A stretch of 60,173 nt of DNA from Acidimicrobiia bacterium (GCA_036498645.1 DASYFC010000026.1:1-60173), one strand, 5' to 3'. Positions 36,057 through 46,526 are shown, counted from the stretch's first letter. Numbers and translations are program-made. Notes: generated by a model not told the origin, from the sequence alone.

Positions 36057-37136
36057 GTGTCTCCCACCCTCGCCGCCGTGCTCCTCATCGGCATCTTCGT
36101 CCTCGCCGCCGCGCTCATCTGGCTCGGGCTCGGCCTGTCGCGCCGCGCCCAGCGGCTCGAGGAAGCGCCCCCTCCGGAGGAGACCGCCGAGCCGACCGAA
36201 CCGGCCGAGCCCGGTGGCGACGTCGCCGCGCCACCACGCCCGCCGCGCCTGCGCGACCGGCTCGGCAAGACGCGCGCCGCACTCTCCCGATCGCTCGGCG
36301 CGCTCACCGGGCGGCGCACGATCGACGACGAGGCGTGGGACAGCATCGAGGAGGCGCTGCTCGTCGCCGACGTCGGCGTGGCGACGACGTCCCGGTTGGT
36401 TGACGAGCTGCGGGCGAGGGCGGCGGCGGAGCGTGTCGACGACCCCGAACAGCTCGTCACCCTTTTGCGCAACGAGATCGTCGACGACCTCTCGGGTGTC
36501 GACCGTTCGCTGCACCACGCGCCGGACGGCCCGACGGTGTGGCTGTTCGTCGGGGTGAACGGGACGGGCAAGACGACGACGATCGCCAAGCTCGCCCAGC
36601 GCGAGATCGAGGACGGACACGCTGCGCTGATGGCTGCGGCGGACACGTTTCGTGCCGCCGCCGCCGACCAGCTGACGCACTGGGCGGAGCGCGTCGGGGC
36701 CGACGTCGTGCGCGGACAGGAGGGCGCCGATCCCGGTTCAGTCGTCTTCGACGCCGTGGACGCGGCGGGTGGGCGAGGCGCCGGCGTCGTGCTCGTCGAC
36801 ACCGCCGGACGCATGCACACCAAGGTCAACCTCATGGAGGAGCTCAAGAAGATCCGCCGCATCGCCGAGCGGACGCCGGGCGCGCCGCAGGAGGTCCTGC
36901 TCGTCATCGACGCCACCACCGGCCAGAACGGCCTGGCGCAGGCGCGTCAGTTCACAGAGGCCGTCGGCGTGACCGGCGTCGTGCTGACCAAGCTCGACGG
37001 CACGGCGAAGGGCGGCGTCGTCCTGGCCATCGAGGTGGACCTCGGTATTCCGGTGAAGCTGATCGGCATTGGCGAGGCGCCCGAGGACCTCATGCCGTTC
37101 GACCCCGCGGAGTTCGTCGGCGCGCTCTTCGCATAG
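36057..37136 (+). CDS. ftsY: signal recognition particle receptor FtsY
   Basis: The NG domain has GVNGTGKTTTIAKLA, DTAGR, TKLDGTAKGG and GIGE. Confidence 0.95.
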   Translation: MSPTLAAVLLIGIFVLAAALIWLGLGLSRRAQRLEEAPPPEETAEPTEPAEPGGDVAAPPRPPRLRDRLGKTRAALSRSLGALTGRRTIDDEAWDSIEEALLVADVGVATTSRLVDELRARAAAERVDDPEQLVTLLRNEIVDDLSGVDRSLHHAPDGPTVWLFVGVNGTGKTTTIAKLAQREIEDGHAALMAAADTFRAAAADQLTHWAERVGADVVRGQEGADPGSVVFDAVDAAGGRGAGVVLVDTAGRMHTKVNLMEELKKIRRIAERTPGAPQEVLLVIDATTGQNGLAQARQFTEAVGVTGVVLTKLDGTAKGGVVLAIEVDLGIPVKLIGIGEAPEDLMPFDPAEFVGALFA

Positions 37137-37145
37137 CGTGAAGGC

Positions 37146-38459
37146 GTGTTTGACGCTCTCTCCGACCGCTTCGACGGCATCTTCAAGCGCTTGCGCGGCC
37201 GCGGCCGCCTGAGCGACAAGGACGTCGACGAGGTCGCGCGCGAGATCCGCGTCGCGCTGCTCGAAGCCGACGTCAACGTCGCGGTCGTCAAGTCGTTCAT
37301 CAACCGGGTCAAGGAACGCGCCCGCGGCGCGGAGGTCACGAAGAGCCTGAGCCCCGCTCAGCAGGTCATCAAGATCGTCCACGAAGAGCTCGTTACGACG
37401 CTCGGAGGTGAGACGGGCAAGCTCGCGATGAGCTCGAAGCCCCCGACGGTCGTGATGCTCGCCGGCTTGCAGGGGTCGGGGAAGACCACCGCCGCCGGCA
37501 AGCTCGCACGTCATCTCGTCGCCGAAGGGCGCAAGCCGCTGCTCGTCGCAGCCGACCTCCAACGGCCGGCGGCGGTCGAGCAGCTGCGCGTGCTCGGGAA
37601 ACGCATCGACGTGCCGGTGTTCTCCGAGCCGACCGATCCGGTCAAAGTGGCCCGGGCCGCGCTGAAGGAAGCCGACCGCACCGGCCGCAACGTCGTGATC
37701 CTCGACACCGCGGGCAGGCTCCAGATCGACGACGACCTCATGGGCGAGCTGCGCCGTATTCGCGCCAAGGTCGAGCCGCACGACACGCTGCTCGTCGTCG
37801 ACGCCATGACCGGCCAGGAGGCCGTCAACGTTGCCGAGGCGTTCGACGAGGCGGTCGGGCTCGACGGCGTCATCCTCACGAAGATCGACGGGGACGCGCG
37901 CGGTGGCGCCGCGCTCTCGGTGAAGGAGGTCGTCGGCAAGCCGATTCTCTTCGCCGGCACGGGCGAGCAACTCGACGACTTCGAGCCGTTTCACCCCGAC
38001 CGCATGGCGAGCCGCATCCTCGGCATGGGCGACGTGCTCACGCTCATCGAGAAGGCCGAGGCCGCCTTCGACGAGGAGGAGGCCGCGAAGGCGGAGAAGA
38101 AGCTCCGCAAAGGGCAGTTCACCCTCGAGGACTTCCTCGACCAGATGCAGCAGGTGCGGAAGATGGGACCGCTGCAGAACCTCGTCGGCATGATGCCGGG
38201 GCTGCCGAAGGAGGCCCGTGACGCCGAGCTCGACGAGTCACAGCTCGGTCGGATCGAGGCGATCATCCGCTCGATGACGCCCGAGGAGCGGCGCAACCCG
38301 ACCGTCATCAACGGCTCGCGCCGCCTCCGGATCGCCCGCGGCAGCGGCACGAGCACTCAGGACGTGAACGGGATGCTCAAGCAGTTCAAGATGGTCCAGC
38401 AGATGATGCGGTCGGTGGCGAAGGGCAAGATGCCGCGGCTCCCGGTGCCCGGCCGCTGA
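37146..38459 (+). CDS. ffh: signal recognition particle protein Ffh
   Basis: [41 protein letters not shown] and a Met-rich M domain are present. Confidence 0.95.
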   Translation: MFDALSDRFDGIFKRLRGRGRLSDKDVDEVAREIRVALLEADVNVAVVKSFINRVKERARGAEVTKSLSPAQQVIKIVHEELVTTLGGETGKLAMSSKPPTVVMLAGLQGSGKTTAAGKLARHLVAEGRKPLLVAADLQRPAAVEQLRVLGKRIDVPVFSEPTDPVKVARAALKEADRTGRNVVILDTAGRLQIDDDLMGELRRIRAKVEPHDTLLVVDAMTGQEAVNVAEAFDEAVGLDGVILTKIDGDARGGAALSVKEVVGKPILFAGTGEQLDDFEPFHPDRMASRILGMGDVLTLIEKAEAAFDEEEAAKAEKKLRKGQFTLEDFLDQMQQVRKMGPLQNLVGMMPGLPKEARDAELDESQLGRIEAIIRSMTPEERRNPTVINGSRRLRIARGSGTSTQDVNGMLKQFKMVQQMMRSVAKGKMPRLPVPGR

Positions 38460-38529
38460 CTCGCTACCCTGGTGCGTCCTACGGGTGTTCTTCCGACGCC
38501 CGAACCGAGCTCGAGAGGAACTCCCCGCA

Positions 38530-38979
38530 GTGTCCGTGAAGATCCGCCTCATGCGGATGGGCAAGAAGAAGCATCCGACGTACCGGGTGGTCGTCGCCGA
38601 TTCGCGCTCGCCCCGCGACGGCCGCAACATCGAGACCATCGGCCACTACCGCCCCCGCCAGGACCCCTCGGTCTCCGACATCGACGGTGAGAAGGCCCTC
38701 GCGTGGCTGCGGAAAGGCGCGCAGCCGACCGAGCAGGTGCAGAAGCTGCTGACCGTCTCCGGCGTCTGGGCGCAGTTCGAGTCGGAGAAGGGTGGCCGCG
38801 TCGATACGAAGCTCGCCCGCCGCCGGCTCGACGACCCGAAGGCAGCGGCGAAGAAGAAGAAGGCCGAGTCAGTGGAGGCGGCGACGCCGGAGTCCCAGCC
38901 GGAGGCGCCCGCCGCGTCCGACGAGCCCGCCGCCGAAGAGGGCGCGGGCGACGCCACCGAGGAGTCGGGCGATGAGTGA
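38530..38979 (+). CDS. rpsP: 30S ribosomal protein S16 (with Ala/Glu/Pro-rich C-terminal extension)
   Basis: GTG 38530 gives [31 protein letters not shown]. Confidence 0.9.
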   Translation: MSVKIRLMRMGKKKHPTYRVVVADSRSPRDGRNIETIGHYRPRQDPSVSDIDGEKALAWLRKGAQPTEQVQKLLTVSGVWAQFESEKGGRVDTKLARRRLDDPKAAAKKKKAESVEAATPESQPEAPAASDEPAAEEGAGDATEESGDE

Positions 38980-39316
38980 CGACGCGATCAACGAGCGGGA
39001 CGAAGTTCTCGACGACGAGCTCGACGACGAGGACGAGTACGACGACGAGATCGCGCCCGAAGGCAACCGGATCCTCGGCGCACGCGCCCGCGCGGTCGTC
39101 GAGCACGTGACCCACAACGTCGCCGAGGAGCCCGAGGCGGTCGAGATCGACGTCGAGGAGCGGCGCGACGACGTGCAGCTCCTCGTGCACGCCAGCCCCA
39201 GCGACATGGGGCGTCTCATCGGCAAGCGCGGCCGGGTCATCCAGGCGCTCCGGCAGGTCGTCCGCGCCGCCGGCGCCGCCGAGGGAATCAAGGCCAACGT
39301 CGACGTCGTGGAGTAA
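38972..39316 (+). CDS. KH-domain RNA-binding protein (YlqC-like) with acidic N-terminus
   Basis: ATG 38972 overlaps the rpsP end by 8 nt. The motif [18 protein letters not shown] is present, in the conserved position between rpsP and rimM. Confidence 0.85.
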   Translation: MSDDAINERDEVLDDELDDEDEYDDEIAPEGNRILGARARAVVEHVTHNVAEEPEAVEIDVEERRDDVQLLVHASPSDMGRLIGKRGRVIQALRQVVRAAGAAEGIKANVDVVE

Positions 39317-39323
39317 CCGGCCG

Positions 39324-39809
39324 TTGGCTGCGGCTGACCTCGAGCTGGGCCGGGTCGGTCGTCCGCACGGCCTCAAGGGCGAGGTCGTCGTGATGCTGCA
39401 CACCGACCGCCCGGAGCGCACCACGCCCGGCGCCGTTCTCCACGCCGGCGACCGGACGCTCGTCGTGGCGAGCGCCCGTCCGCACCAGGGCCGGTGGCTG
39501 GTCCGGTTCGAGGGCGTCACCGATCGCAACGGCGCCGAGGAGCTGCGCGGCGCAACCCTCTTGGGCGAGCCGCTCGATGACCCGGGCGAAGGACGGATCT
39601 GGGTGCACGAGCTCGTCGGCGACGAAGTGCGCGACGTGCAGGGGAACTCGCTCGGTCGCGTCACCGCGGTCGAGGCGAACCCGGCGCACGATATCCTCGT
39701 CCTCGACGACGGCGCGCTCGTGCCGTTCGTGTTCGTCGTCGAGCAGGAAGCCGGTGTCCTCGTCGTCGACCTGCCCGACGGGCTCCTCGACGTCAACCGC
39801 TCGTCGTAG
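39324..39809 (+). CDS. rimM: ribosome maturation factor RimM
   Basis: TTG start. [18 protein letters not shown] and the PRC barrel C-terminus are present. Confidence 0.9.
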   Translation: MAAADLELGRVGRPHGLKGEVVVMLHTDRPERTTPGAVLHAGDRTLVVASARPHQGRWLVRFEGVTDRNGAEELRGATLLGEPLDDPGEGRIWVHELVGDEVRDVQGNSLGRVTAVEANPAHDILVLDDGALVPFVFVVEQEAGVLVVDLPDGLLDVNRSS

Positions 39810-39817
39810 GCGACGCG

Positions 39818-40549
39818 ATGCGCGTCGACGTTTTCACGATCTTCCCGGCGTACCTCGAGGGTCCGCTCCACTCGTCGCTGCTCGGCCGCGCCCGCGAGCG
39901 CGGCCTGGTTGACGTGCGCGTCCACGATCCGCGTGAGCACACCAGCGATCCTCATCACAGCGTCGACGACACGCCGTTCGGCGGCGGCGCGGGCATGGTG
40001 ATGACGCCCGAGCCGTTGTTCGAGGCGGTCGAGACCGTCGAGCCTCCGCGTCCGCTGTTCCTTCTGTCGGCCGCCGGGACGCGCTTCGACCAGCGGATGG
40101 CGGAGCGGCTCGCGCAACGGGACGGCTTCTCGCTTGTGTGCGGCCGGTACGAAGGCGTCGACCAGCGTGTCGCCGACAACCTCTGCGACGACGAGATCTC
40201 GGTGGGTGACTACGTGCTCGCGGGGGGAGAGGCCGCCGCGCTCGTCGTGATCGAGGCCGTCGCCCGCCTCGTCCCGGGCGTGATGGGCAACACGGAGTCC
40301 GGCGACGACGAGTCGTTCGGCGCCGGGCTGCTCGAGTACCCGCAGTACACGCGCCCCGCCGACTTTCGCGGCTGGCCGGTGCCCGAAGCGTTGCGGTCGG
40401 GCGACCACGCCCTGATCGCCCGGTGGCGGAGGGCGCAGGCGCTTCGGCGGACCCTCGATCGCCGCCCCGACCTTCTCGGGCCCCGGCCGCTGACGGCCGA
40501 CGAGCGGCGGCTGCTCGACGAGTTCCCGGAGGGACCGGCCGACCGGTAG
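39818..40549 (+). CDS. trmD: tRNA (guanine37-N1)-methyltransferase TrmD
   Basis: [30 protein letters not shown] and YPQYTRP are present. Confidence 0.95.
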   Translation: MRVDVFTIFPAYLEGPLHSSLLGRARERGLVDVRVHDPREHTSDPHHSVDDTPFGGGAGMVMTPEPLFEAVETVEPPRPLFLLSAAGTRFDQRMAERLAQRDGFSLVCGRYEGVDQRVADNLCDDEISVGDYVLAGGEAAALVVIEAVARLVPGVMGNTESGDDESFGAGLLEYPQYTRPADFRGWPVPEALRSGDHALIARWRRAQALRRTLDRRPDLLGPRPLTADERRLLDEFPEGPADR

Positions 40550-40596
40550 CATCAGGGGTCCTCCCCTCCGAGCCGACCCCCTCGAGAAGGCGAACG

Positions 40597-40941
40597 ATGA
40601 ACGCAACCGATCTTGTCGATCGCGCCAACCTTCGGGACGACATTCCGGACTTCGCGCCCGGCGACACGCTGAAGGTGCACGTCCGGGTGGTGGAGGGCAA
40701 CCGCGAGCGCGTGCAGGTCTTCCAGGGAGTCGTGATCCGCCGCAAGGGCAGTGGCGCGCGCGAGACGTTCACCGTCCGCAAGGTGAGCTTCGGCGTCGGC
40801 GTCGAGCGCACTTTCCCCGTCCACTCGCCGATCATCGCCAGGATCGAGGTCATGAGCCGTGGCGACGTTCGCCGGGCGAAGCTCTACTACCTGCGCGACC
40901 GGATCGGGAAGGCAGCCAAGGTCAGGGAGCGGCGGGCCTGA
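40597..40941 (+). CDS. rplS: 50S ribosomal protein L19
   Basis: ATG 40597 gives [31 protein letters not shown]...RRAKLYYLR. Confidence 0.95.
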   Translation: MNATDLVDRANLRDDIPDFAPGDTLKVHVRVVEGNRERVQVFQGVVIRRKGSGARETFTVRKVSFGVGVERTFPVHSPIIARIEVMSRGDVRRAKLYYLRDRIGKAAKVRERRA

Positions 40942-40973
40942 GCCCGCGACCCTGACGGCGATCGGGAGAGTCC

Positions 40974-41267
40974 GTGAGTTCCGAGGACCTCGAGCGGTAC
41001 GAGACGGAGATCGAGCTCCAGCTGTACAAGGAGTATCGCGACGTCCTCCCGATGTTCGCGTACGTTGTCGAGACCGAACGACGCTTCTATCTCACGAACG
41101 CCGTCGAGATGGACGTGAAGAACGAACAGGGACGCGTCTACTTCGAGCTCAACCTTCAGGACGCGTGGGTGTGGGACATGTACCGACCCGCCCGCTTCGT
41201 CGCCAACGTGCGGGTCGTGACGTTCAAGGACGTCAACGTCGAGGAACTGGCGGGCAAGGACCTGTAG
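40974..41267 (+). CDS. DUF2469 domain-containing protein
   Basis: MSSEDLERYETEIELQLYKEYRDVLPMFAYVVETERRFYLTN is the actinobacterial DUF2469 pattern, at its usual place near rplS/yraN. Confidence 0.85.
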   Translation: MSSEDLERYETEIELQLYKEYRDVLPMFAYVVETERRFYLTNAVEMDVKNEQGRVYFELNLQDAWVWDMYRPARFVANVRVVTFKDVNVEELAGKDL

Positions 41268-41269
41268 CG

Positions 41270-41653
41270 GTGCCCGGCCCGGGCCCGCGCCGCCGGGTCG
41301 ACCCGCGGCGTCGACTCGGAATCGCCGGTGAGGACGCCGTGGCGCGGTGGTACGAAGCCGCCGCGTACGAGGTGCTCGACCGCAATTGGCGCTGCCGTGA
41401 CGGAGAGCTCGATCTGGTCGTTCGGCACGGTTCCACGCTCGTCTTCTGCGAGGTGAAGACGCGCGCCAGCACCAGGTTCGGTGCGCCGGTCGAGGCCGTC
41501 ACGGCAACCAAGCAGCGACGCCTACGCACGCTCGCGGCCCGCTGGCTCGCCGAGCGCGACGCGCACCGTCGCACGCTGCGCTTCGATGTGGCGTCGGTGA
41601 CGCGTGCTCCCGACGGCGAGCTCGTCGTCGAGGTGTTGGAAGGCGCGTTCTAG
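41270..41653 (+). CDS. yraN: YraN family endonuclease (UPF0102)
   Basis: GTG 41270 gives GEDAVARWYEAAAYEVLDRNWRCRDGELDLVV...LVFCEVKTR. Confidence 0.85.
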   Translation: MPGPGPRRRVDPRRRLGIAGEDAVARWYEAAAYEVLDRNWRCRDGELDLVVRHGSTLVFCEVKTRASTRFGAPVEAVTATKQRRLRTLAARWLAERDAHRRTLRFDVASVTRAPDGELVVEVLEGAF

Positions 41654-41674
41654 CGTCCCGGCGACGGCGACCGG

Positions 41675-42061
41675 TTAACGCGAGTACGGCGTCTCGGGGC
41701 GGGCGAGCGCTACGCCGTCGACGACGAGGTCGACACGCTCGTTGTAGAAGCAGAACAGTCCCGCCACGCCCTCGGCCTGGGGGATCGGCGTCTCGTAGCT
41801 CCACACGAGGTCGTCGTGGACGTCGCCGTCGACCTCGACGTTCCAGTACGACGCCTGGCCCTTGAACGGGCACGTGGTCTCGGTGTTCGTGGGGCTGAGC
41901 ACGTCGGCGCGGACGTGCTCCCGAGGGAGGTAGTAGCGGGTCGGAAGGCCCGTCTCCTCCAGGAGCACGGGCCGGTCGGATTCGGCGACCTTGACGCCGT
42001 CGACCGAGACCTCGACGTGCAGGTCGGCGGGCGTGACGGTGATGCTGTGGCCTTGGGTCAT
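41675..42061 (-). CDS. DUF427 domain-containing protein
   Basis: ATG 42061 gives LPTRYYLPREHV...TTCPFKGQASYW...LVWSYETP. Confidence 0.85.
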   Translation of the reverse strand: MTQGHSITVTPADLHVEVSVDGVKVAESDRPVLLEETGLPTRYYLPREHVRADVLSPTNTETTCPFKGQASYWNVEVDGDVHDDLVWSYETPIPQAEGVAGLFCFYNERVDLVVDGVALARPETPYSR

Positions 42062-42114
42062 GTCTGGTTCAACTCCGGATGGCGTACGACATTCCATCCT
42101 GGCAGGTTGTCGCC

Positions 42115-42822
42115 GTGAACCGCACCGACCGGCTCTACGCGATCGTCGAGCTGCTGCGGGCCACCGCACCCCGGGCTCGGGCGGCGCGAGACCTCGCCGA
42201 TCGCTTCGAGGTCAGCGTGCGCACGATCGAGCGGGACATCTCGTCGCTGCAGCAGTCGGGCGTCCCGATCTGGGCGACGCCCGGTCCGGGCGGTGGCTAC
42301 TCCGTCGATCCGTCGATGAGCCTGCCGCCGCTGAACTTCACTGCCGACGAGGCCACCGCGATCGCAGTGGCGCTCGCCGCGAGCGGCCCCATCCCGTTCG
42401 GCGATGCCGCCCGCTCCGCGCTGCGCAAGCTCGTCGCCGCGATGTCGGCCGCGAACCGGGAGGGCGCGCGCGAGCTCGTGGCGCGCATCCACCTGCTGCA
42501 ACAGCGGGGCCACCTCGATGTCACGCCTGTGATGCATGCGGTCGAGACCGCGGTGGCCGACCGCAAGGTGCTCGAGCTCGACTACGTCGACCGGTCCGGC
42601 CAGCGCACCGAGCGCCGCCGGGTGGAGCCGTACGGGCTCGCCGGATCGCAGGATCACTGGTACCTCATGGCGTGGTGCCGGCTGCGCGGCGGCGGCCGTT
42701 CGTTCCGTCTCGACCGCATGCAGGGCGCGCGGGTCACCGACGAGCGGGCTCCGGAACGCGAGCTGCACGAGGTCGCGGGGGACATCGCCTCGTTCGCGCG
42801 GGAGATGCGCCTCGAGGGGTGA
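42115..42822 (+). CDS. YafY-family transcriptional regulator (HTH + WYL domain)
   Basis: GTG 42115 gives NRTDRLYAIVELLR...LADRFEVSVRTIERDISSLQQSGVPI plus a WYL core (HWYLMAWCRLRGGGRSFRLDRM). The alternative start at 42079 is less consistent with family N-termini. Confidence 0.8.
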   Translation: MNRTDRLYAIVELLRATAPRARAARDLADRFEVSVRTIERDISSLQQSGVPIWATPGPGGGYSVDPSMSLPPLNFTADEATAIAVALAASGPIPFGDAARSALRKLVAAMSAANREGARELVARIHLLQQRGHLDVTPVMHAVETAVADRKVLELDYVDRSGQRTERRRVEPYGLAGSQDHWYLMAWCRLRGGGRSFRLDRMQGARVTDERAPERELHEVAGDIASFAREMRLEG

Positions 42823-42837
42823 GCCCCGGGGTGCCGG

Positions 42838-42951
42838 TCAGCGCGGGAGCACCGCCCACACGAGCAGCGCGGCGACCACGACGAGCGCGGCGACGACGAT
42901 GACGATGTCAGAGGATCGACGCACCTGCTTGCGGAACGGGTTGAAGCCCAC
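42838..42951 (-). CDS. candidate 37-aa single-pass membrane peptide (below ORF-track cutoff)
   Basis: Hand translation gives VGFNPFRKQVRRSSDIVIVVAALVVVAALLVWAVLPR*. 34 of 37 third positions are G/C. No clear SD is present. Confidence 0.35.
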   Translation of the reverse strand: MGFNPFRKQVRRSSDIVIVVAALVVVAALLVWAVLPR

Positions 42952-42971
42952 GGCGCTACGGTAGCGGCCGC

Positions 42972-43766
42972 ATGGAAACGCTCATCGTCGATCGAGCGGA
43001 CGGCGTGGTCACGGTCACGCTGAACCGCCCGGAGAAGAAGAACGCGATCAACGGCCCCATGTGGCGCGAGCTGATCGAGGTGTTCGACGAAGTGGCCGAC
43101 ACGCCGAGCGACCGTGTCCTCGTGATCACCGGCGCCGGCGACGGGTTTTGTTCGGGGGCCGATCTCAGCCCGGGCAACAACCCGGACCTCGAGGTCGACG
43201 CCGGCGGGATTGGCTCCACCTTCCGGCAGATGCGCGTGGTCGGCCGGGCCGCGTTGCGGCTCCACCACCTGCCGCAGCCGACGATCGCCGCCGTCAACGG
43301 CGTCGCCGCCGGAGCTGGGCTGAACATGGCGCTGGGCTGCGACCTCATCGTCGCCTCGGAGCGCGCCCGGTTCACCGAGATCTTCTCGAAGCGGGGCCTC
43401 AACGTCGACTTCGGCGGCTCGTGGCTGCTGCCCCGCCTCGTCGGCCTCCACAAGGCGAAGGAGCTCGTGTTCTTCGCCGACATCATCGACGCAACGGAGG
43501 CCGAGCGCATCGGCATCGTGAACCGCGTCGTGCCCGCCGACGACCTCGCGAAGATCACGACGGAGGTGGCGGCGCGCCTTGCCGCCCTGCCGCCGATCCA
43601 GCTGTCGCTCTCGAAGCGGCTGCTCAACCAGTCGTTCTCGGTTTCGATGGCCGAAGCGCTCGAGTTCGAGGACACGGCGCAGGCGATGAACTTCGCGTCG
43701 AAGGACACGGCCGAGGCGATGGTCGCGTTCCTCCAGAAGCGCGACCCGAAGTTCACCGGCGAATAG
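42972..43766 (+). CDS. enoyl-CoA hydratase/isomerase (crotonase) family protein
   Basis: VTLNRPEKKNAI, GAGDGFCSGADL, AAVNGVAAGAG and the oxyanion hole pattern are present. Confidence 0.9.
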   Translation: METLIVDRADGVVTVTLNRPEKKNAINGPMWRELIEVFDEVADTPSDRVLVITGAGDGFCSGADLSPGNNPDLEVDAGGIGSTFRQMRVVGRAALRLHHLPQPTIAAVNGVAAGAGLNMALGCDLIVASERARFTEIFSKRGLNVDFGGSWLLPRLVGLHKAKELVFFADIIDATEAERIGIVNRVVPADDLAKITTEVAARLAALPPIQLSLSKRLLNQSFSVSMAEALEFEDTAQAMNFASKDTAEAMVAFLQKRDPKFTGE

Positions 43767-43774
43767 CGCGCGCA

Positions 43775-44905
43775 TCATCGGGGCCACCACCAGCCCCGCC
43801 GGTGCTCGACCCACCCCTGCCGTTCGAGCGCGCGCAATGCGACCGTGACCGCCTCGGGCGCGACCTCGGTGCGGCTCACGAGCTGGTCGACGGTGGCCGC
43901 CTCGCCCGCGCACGCCTCGAGGATGCGCGTGCCGTCCGACCCGGGCGCGGCGCGGGGCGGTGGAGCTCCCCAACCGCGGCGGGATCCGGGCGTCAAACCC
44001 AGGGCGACGAGCACGTCGTCGGGATCGAGGAGCGGCTGGGCGCCGTCGGCCAGCAACGCGTTGCAGCCCTCGGCGGACGGGTTGCGCCGCGAGCCGGGCA
44101 CGACGAGGACGGGCCGCCCGTACTCGAGCCCGTAATCGGCGGTGATGCGAGCTCCGCCGCGCATGGTCGCCTCCACGACCACGACGACGTCGGCGAGCGC
44201 GGCGATGATGCGGTTGCGAACGGGGAACCGGAAGCGGTTGGCCTGCGCGCCGAACCCGGCCTCGCTCAGGAGGACCCCGGATCGGCGCACGCGCTCGAAC
44301 AGCACGACGTGCCGGCGCGGGTAGACGACGTCGAGGCCGGTTGCGACCACGCCCACGACCCCGCCCCCGGCATCCAGCGCCCCGAGGTGGGCGGCGCCGT
44401 CGATGCCGATGGCGAGGCCGCTGACGACGGTGACGCCGCGCCGGGCCAGGAACGCACCCAGCTCGCGTGCATCCGCGAGGCCGTGCACGGAGGCGGAGCG
44501 GGTTCCCACGATTGCGACACGCGGCCGGCAGAGGACGTCCGGCGCGGCCCCCTCGACGAGCAGCACCGCGGGCCGGTCGGGAACCTCATCGCCGATCGGG
44601 TAGCCGGCGTGGCCGTCGCGCACGACCGCGGTGCCCCGGCGCGTCAGCTCCGGCGCGAGGTCGAGAGCGCATGCAGCGCGTGCCCAACGACGCGCCAGAG
44701 CCTCGCGCTCGTCGGTGCGAACGAGCCGTGCGTGGCGTGCGAGGGCGACGCCGGCCTTGCCGGCGCGGACGGCGGCCAGCGCGGTGCCGGGGTCGGGCCA
44801 CCGGTCGAGCACGGCGCGCAACCGGCTCGGGCCCATGTCGGGGAGGCAGACGAGTGTGGCCGCCGCGACCTCCGCGGCCGGCAGGCGTGTTCGAGGCGCA
44901 CTCAT
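43775..44905 (-). CDS. dprA: DNA-processing protein DprA
   Basis: The Rossmann-like core is VAIVGTRSAS..GLAIGIDGAAHLGAL...ATGLDVVYPRRH...FPVRNRIIAAL. The start overlaps the comM stop (ATGA). Confidence 0.9.
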   Translation of the reverse strand: MSAPRTRLPAAEVAAATLVCLPDMGPSRLRAVLDRWPDPGTALAAVRAGKAGVALARHARLVRTDEREALARRWARAACALDLAPELTRRGTAVVRDGHAGYPIGDEVPDRPAVLLVEGAAPDVLCRPRVAIVGTRSASVHGLADARELGAFLARRGVTVVSGLAIGIDGAAHLGALDAGGGVVGVVATGLDVVYPRRHVVLFERVRRSGVLLSEAGFGAQANRFRFPVRNRIIAALADVVVVVEATMRGGARITADYGLEYGRPVLVVPGSRRNPSAEGCNALLADGAQPLLDPDDVLVALGLTPGSRRGWGAPPPRAAPGSDGTRILEACAGEAATVDQLVSRTEVAPEAVTVALRALERQGWVEHRRGWWWPR

Positions 44906-46407
44906 GGCACGTCCTCACGGAGGGCGGCTGCGAGCGTGACGTGGCGCTCGCACACGTCGGCGCTTCCCTCGAGGTCGGCGAGCGTGCGGGCGACGCGCCG
45001 CACCCGGGCGGCGCCCCGGCCGGTCAGCGTGTCGTGGCCGATCGCCCACCGCCACGCGTCGTCGGCGTCGTTGGACAGCGGGATCACCTGGGCCAGCGCC
45101 CCCGCGGGAACCTGCGAGTTCCGGCGCCACTGCCGGCGCGCATACCGTCGCTGCTGACGCGCGACGGCCTCGGCCACTCGCTCGCGCACCACGGACGACG
45201 GCTCACCCGGCCCGTCGCCCGGCTCGGGCGGGTGGACTTCGAGCCGCAGGTCGAAACGGTCGAGGAGCGGCGCCGAGAGGCGGCGGCGGTAGCGGGCGCG
45301 TTGCGTCTCCGTGCATTCGCAGCTCGGCCCACCCCGGCCGCACGGGCACGGGTTCGAGCACGCGATGAGGAGGAAGTCGGCAGGGAACACGATCGCCATC
45401 GCCTGACGTGAGATCCGCACCACGTGCTCCTCGATGGGCTGGCGTAACGCGTCGAGCGCGTGCGGTGGGAACTCGCCCAGCTCGTCGAGGAACAACACGC
45501 CGCGATGTGCGAGCGTCACTTCGCCGGGGCGGAGCCGGCTCGAGCCGCCGCCGACGAGGGCCGCGGTCGACGCCGTGTGATGTGGCGCGCGGAACGGGCG
45601 CCGGCGCGCCAGGCCCTGCCGCGGCGCGTGACCGGCCGCGGAGTGGATGCGCGTCACCTCGAGCGCCTCGTCGGCCTCGAGGGGCGAAAGGATGGTCGGC
45701 AGCCGGCGGGCGAGCATCGTCTTCCCCGTGCCGGGTGGTCCGGTGAGCAGGATGTGATGCCCCCCGGCGGCGGCGACCTCGAGAGCGCGTCGCGCACGCG
45801 GGAGCCCGCGCACCTCGCCGAGATCGACGGGCTCGTCGTCGAGGTCGGGCGTTCCCGGCTCACCGGTGGCCGCCGGCGGCGGGTCCGGCCATTCCGCTTC
45901 GCCCTTCAGGCACGCGCGCAGCTCGGCGACCGAGCGCGCCGAGCGCACCTCTACCCCGTGCACGAGCGACGCCTCGGCGACGTCGGTCGCGGGAACGATC
46001 ACGGAACCGACCCCTGCGGCGCGGAGAGCGTCGACGAGCGCGAGCACGCCCGGTACGGGGCGGACCGAGCCGTCGAGCCCCAACTCGCCGAGCACGCCTA
46101 CCCCGTCGAGGACTCCGTCGGCGAGCTGGCCGGTGGCGGCGATGAGGCCGAGAGCGACGGCGAGCTCGAACCCCGCCCCGGTCTTGCGAACACCGCCGGG
46201 CGCGAGGTTGACCGTGATCCGCTGGAGCGGGAACTCGATCGCCGACGACAACAGCGCCGCGCGCACGCGCTCGCGCGACTCGCGGACGGCGGCGTCCGGC
46301 AGCCCCACGACGTGATAGCTGGGAAGACCGGTCGAAACGTGGACCTCGACCGTGACGACGTGACCGTCGACGCCGGTGAGCGTCGCGCTGCGAACCGAGG
46401 CGAGCAC
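44902..46407 (-). CDS. comM: YifB/ComM family Mg-chelatase-like AAA+ ATPase
   Basis: GTG 46407 is preceded by GGAGG. The sequence VLASVRSATLTGVDGHVVTVEVHV..., Walker A LTGPPGTGKT, FLDELGEF and the C-terminal Mg_chelatase_C are present. Confidence 0.9.
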   Translation of the reverse strand: MLASVRSATLTGVDGHVVTVEVHVSTGLPSYHVVGLPDAAVRESRERVRAALLSSAIEFPLQRITVNLAPGGVRKTGAGFELAVALGLIAATGQLADGVLDGVGVLGELGLDGSVRPVPGVLALVDALRAAGVGSVIVPATDVAEASLVHGVEVRSARSVAELRACLKGEAEWPDPPPAATGEPGTPDLDDEPVDLGEVRGLPRARRALEVAAAGGHHILLTGPPGTGKTMLARRLPTILSPLEADEALEVTRIHSAAGHAPRQGLARRRPFRAPHHTASTAALVGGGSSRLRPGEVTLAHRGVLFLDELGEFPPHALDALRQPIEEHVVRISRQAMAIVFPADFLLIACSNPCPCGRGGPSCECTETQRARYRRRLSAPLLDRFDLRLEVHPPEPGDGPGEPSSVVRERVAEAVARQQRRYARRQWRRNSQVPAGALAQVIPLSNDADDAWRWAIGHDTLTGRGAARVRRVARTLADLEGSADVCERHVTLAAALREDVP

Positions 46408-46526
46408 GGCGGACCTCCAGAGAGACGTGGTGGAGGAGGGCCGTGACCGCGGCGACCTCGACGGCAGGAGCACGGTACCGCGGGCATATGACGACTACGC
46501 CCGAGCGCGTTTGGCGCGGCCCGTGC

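Noticed and set aside
42079-42822. WYL-domain regulator as the marker of a defence island.
   Set aside because: Its neighbours are DUF427 and a crotonase. No nuclease, helicase, methylase or other defence-type partner is adjacent. YafY-type WYL regulators are common next to small metabolic genes.
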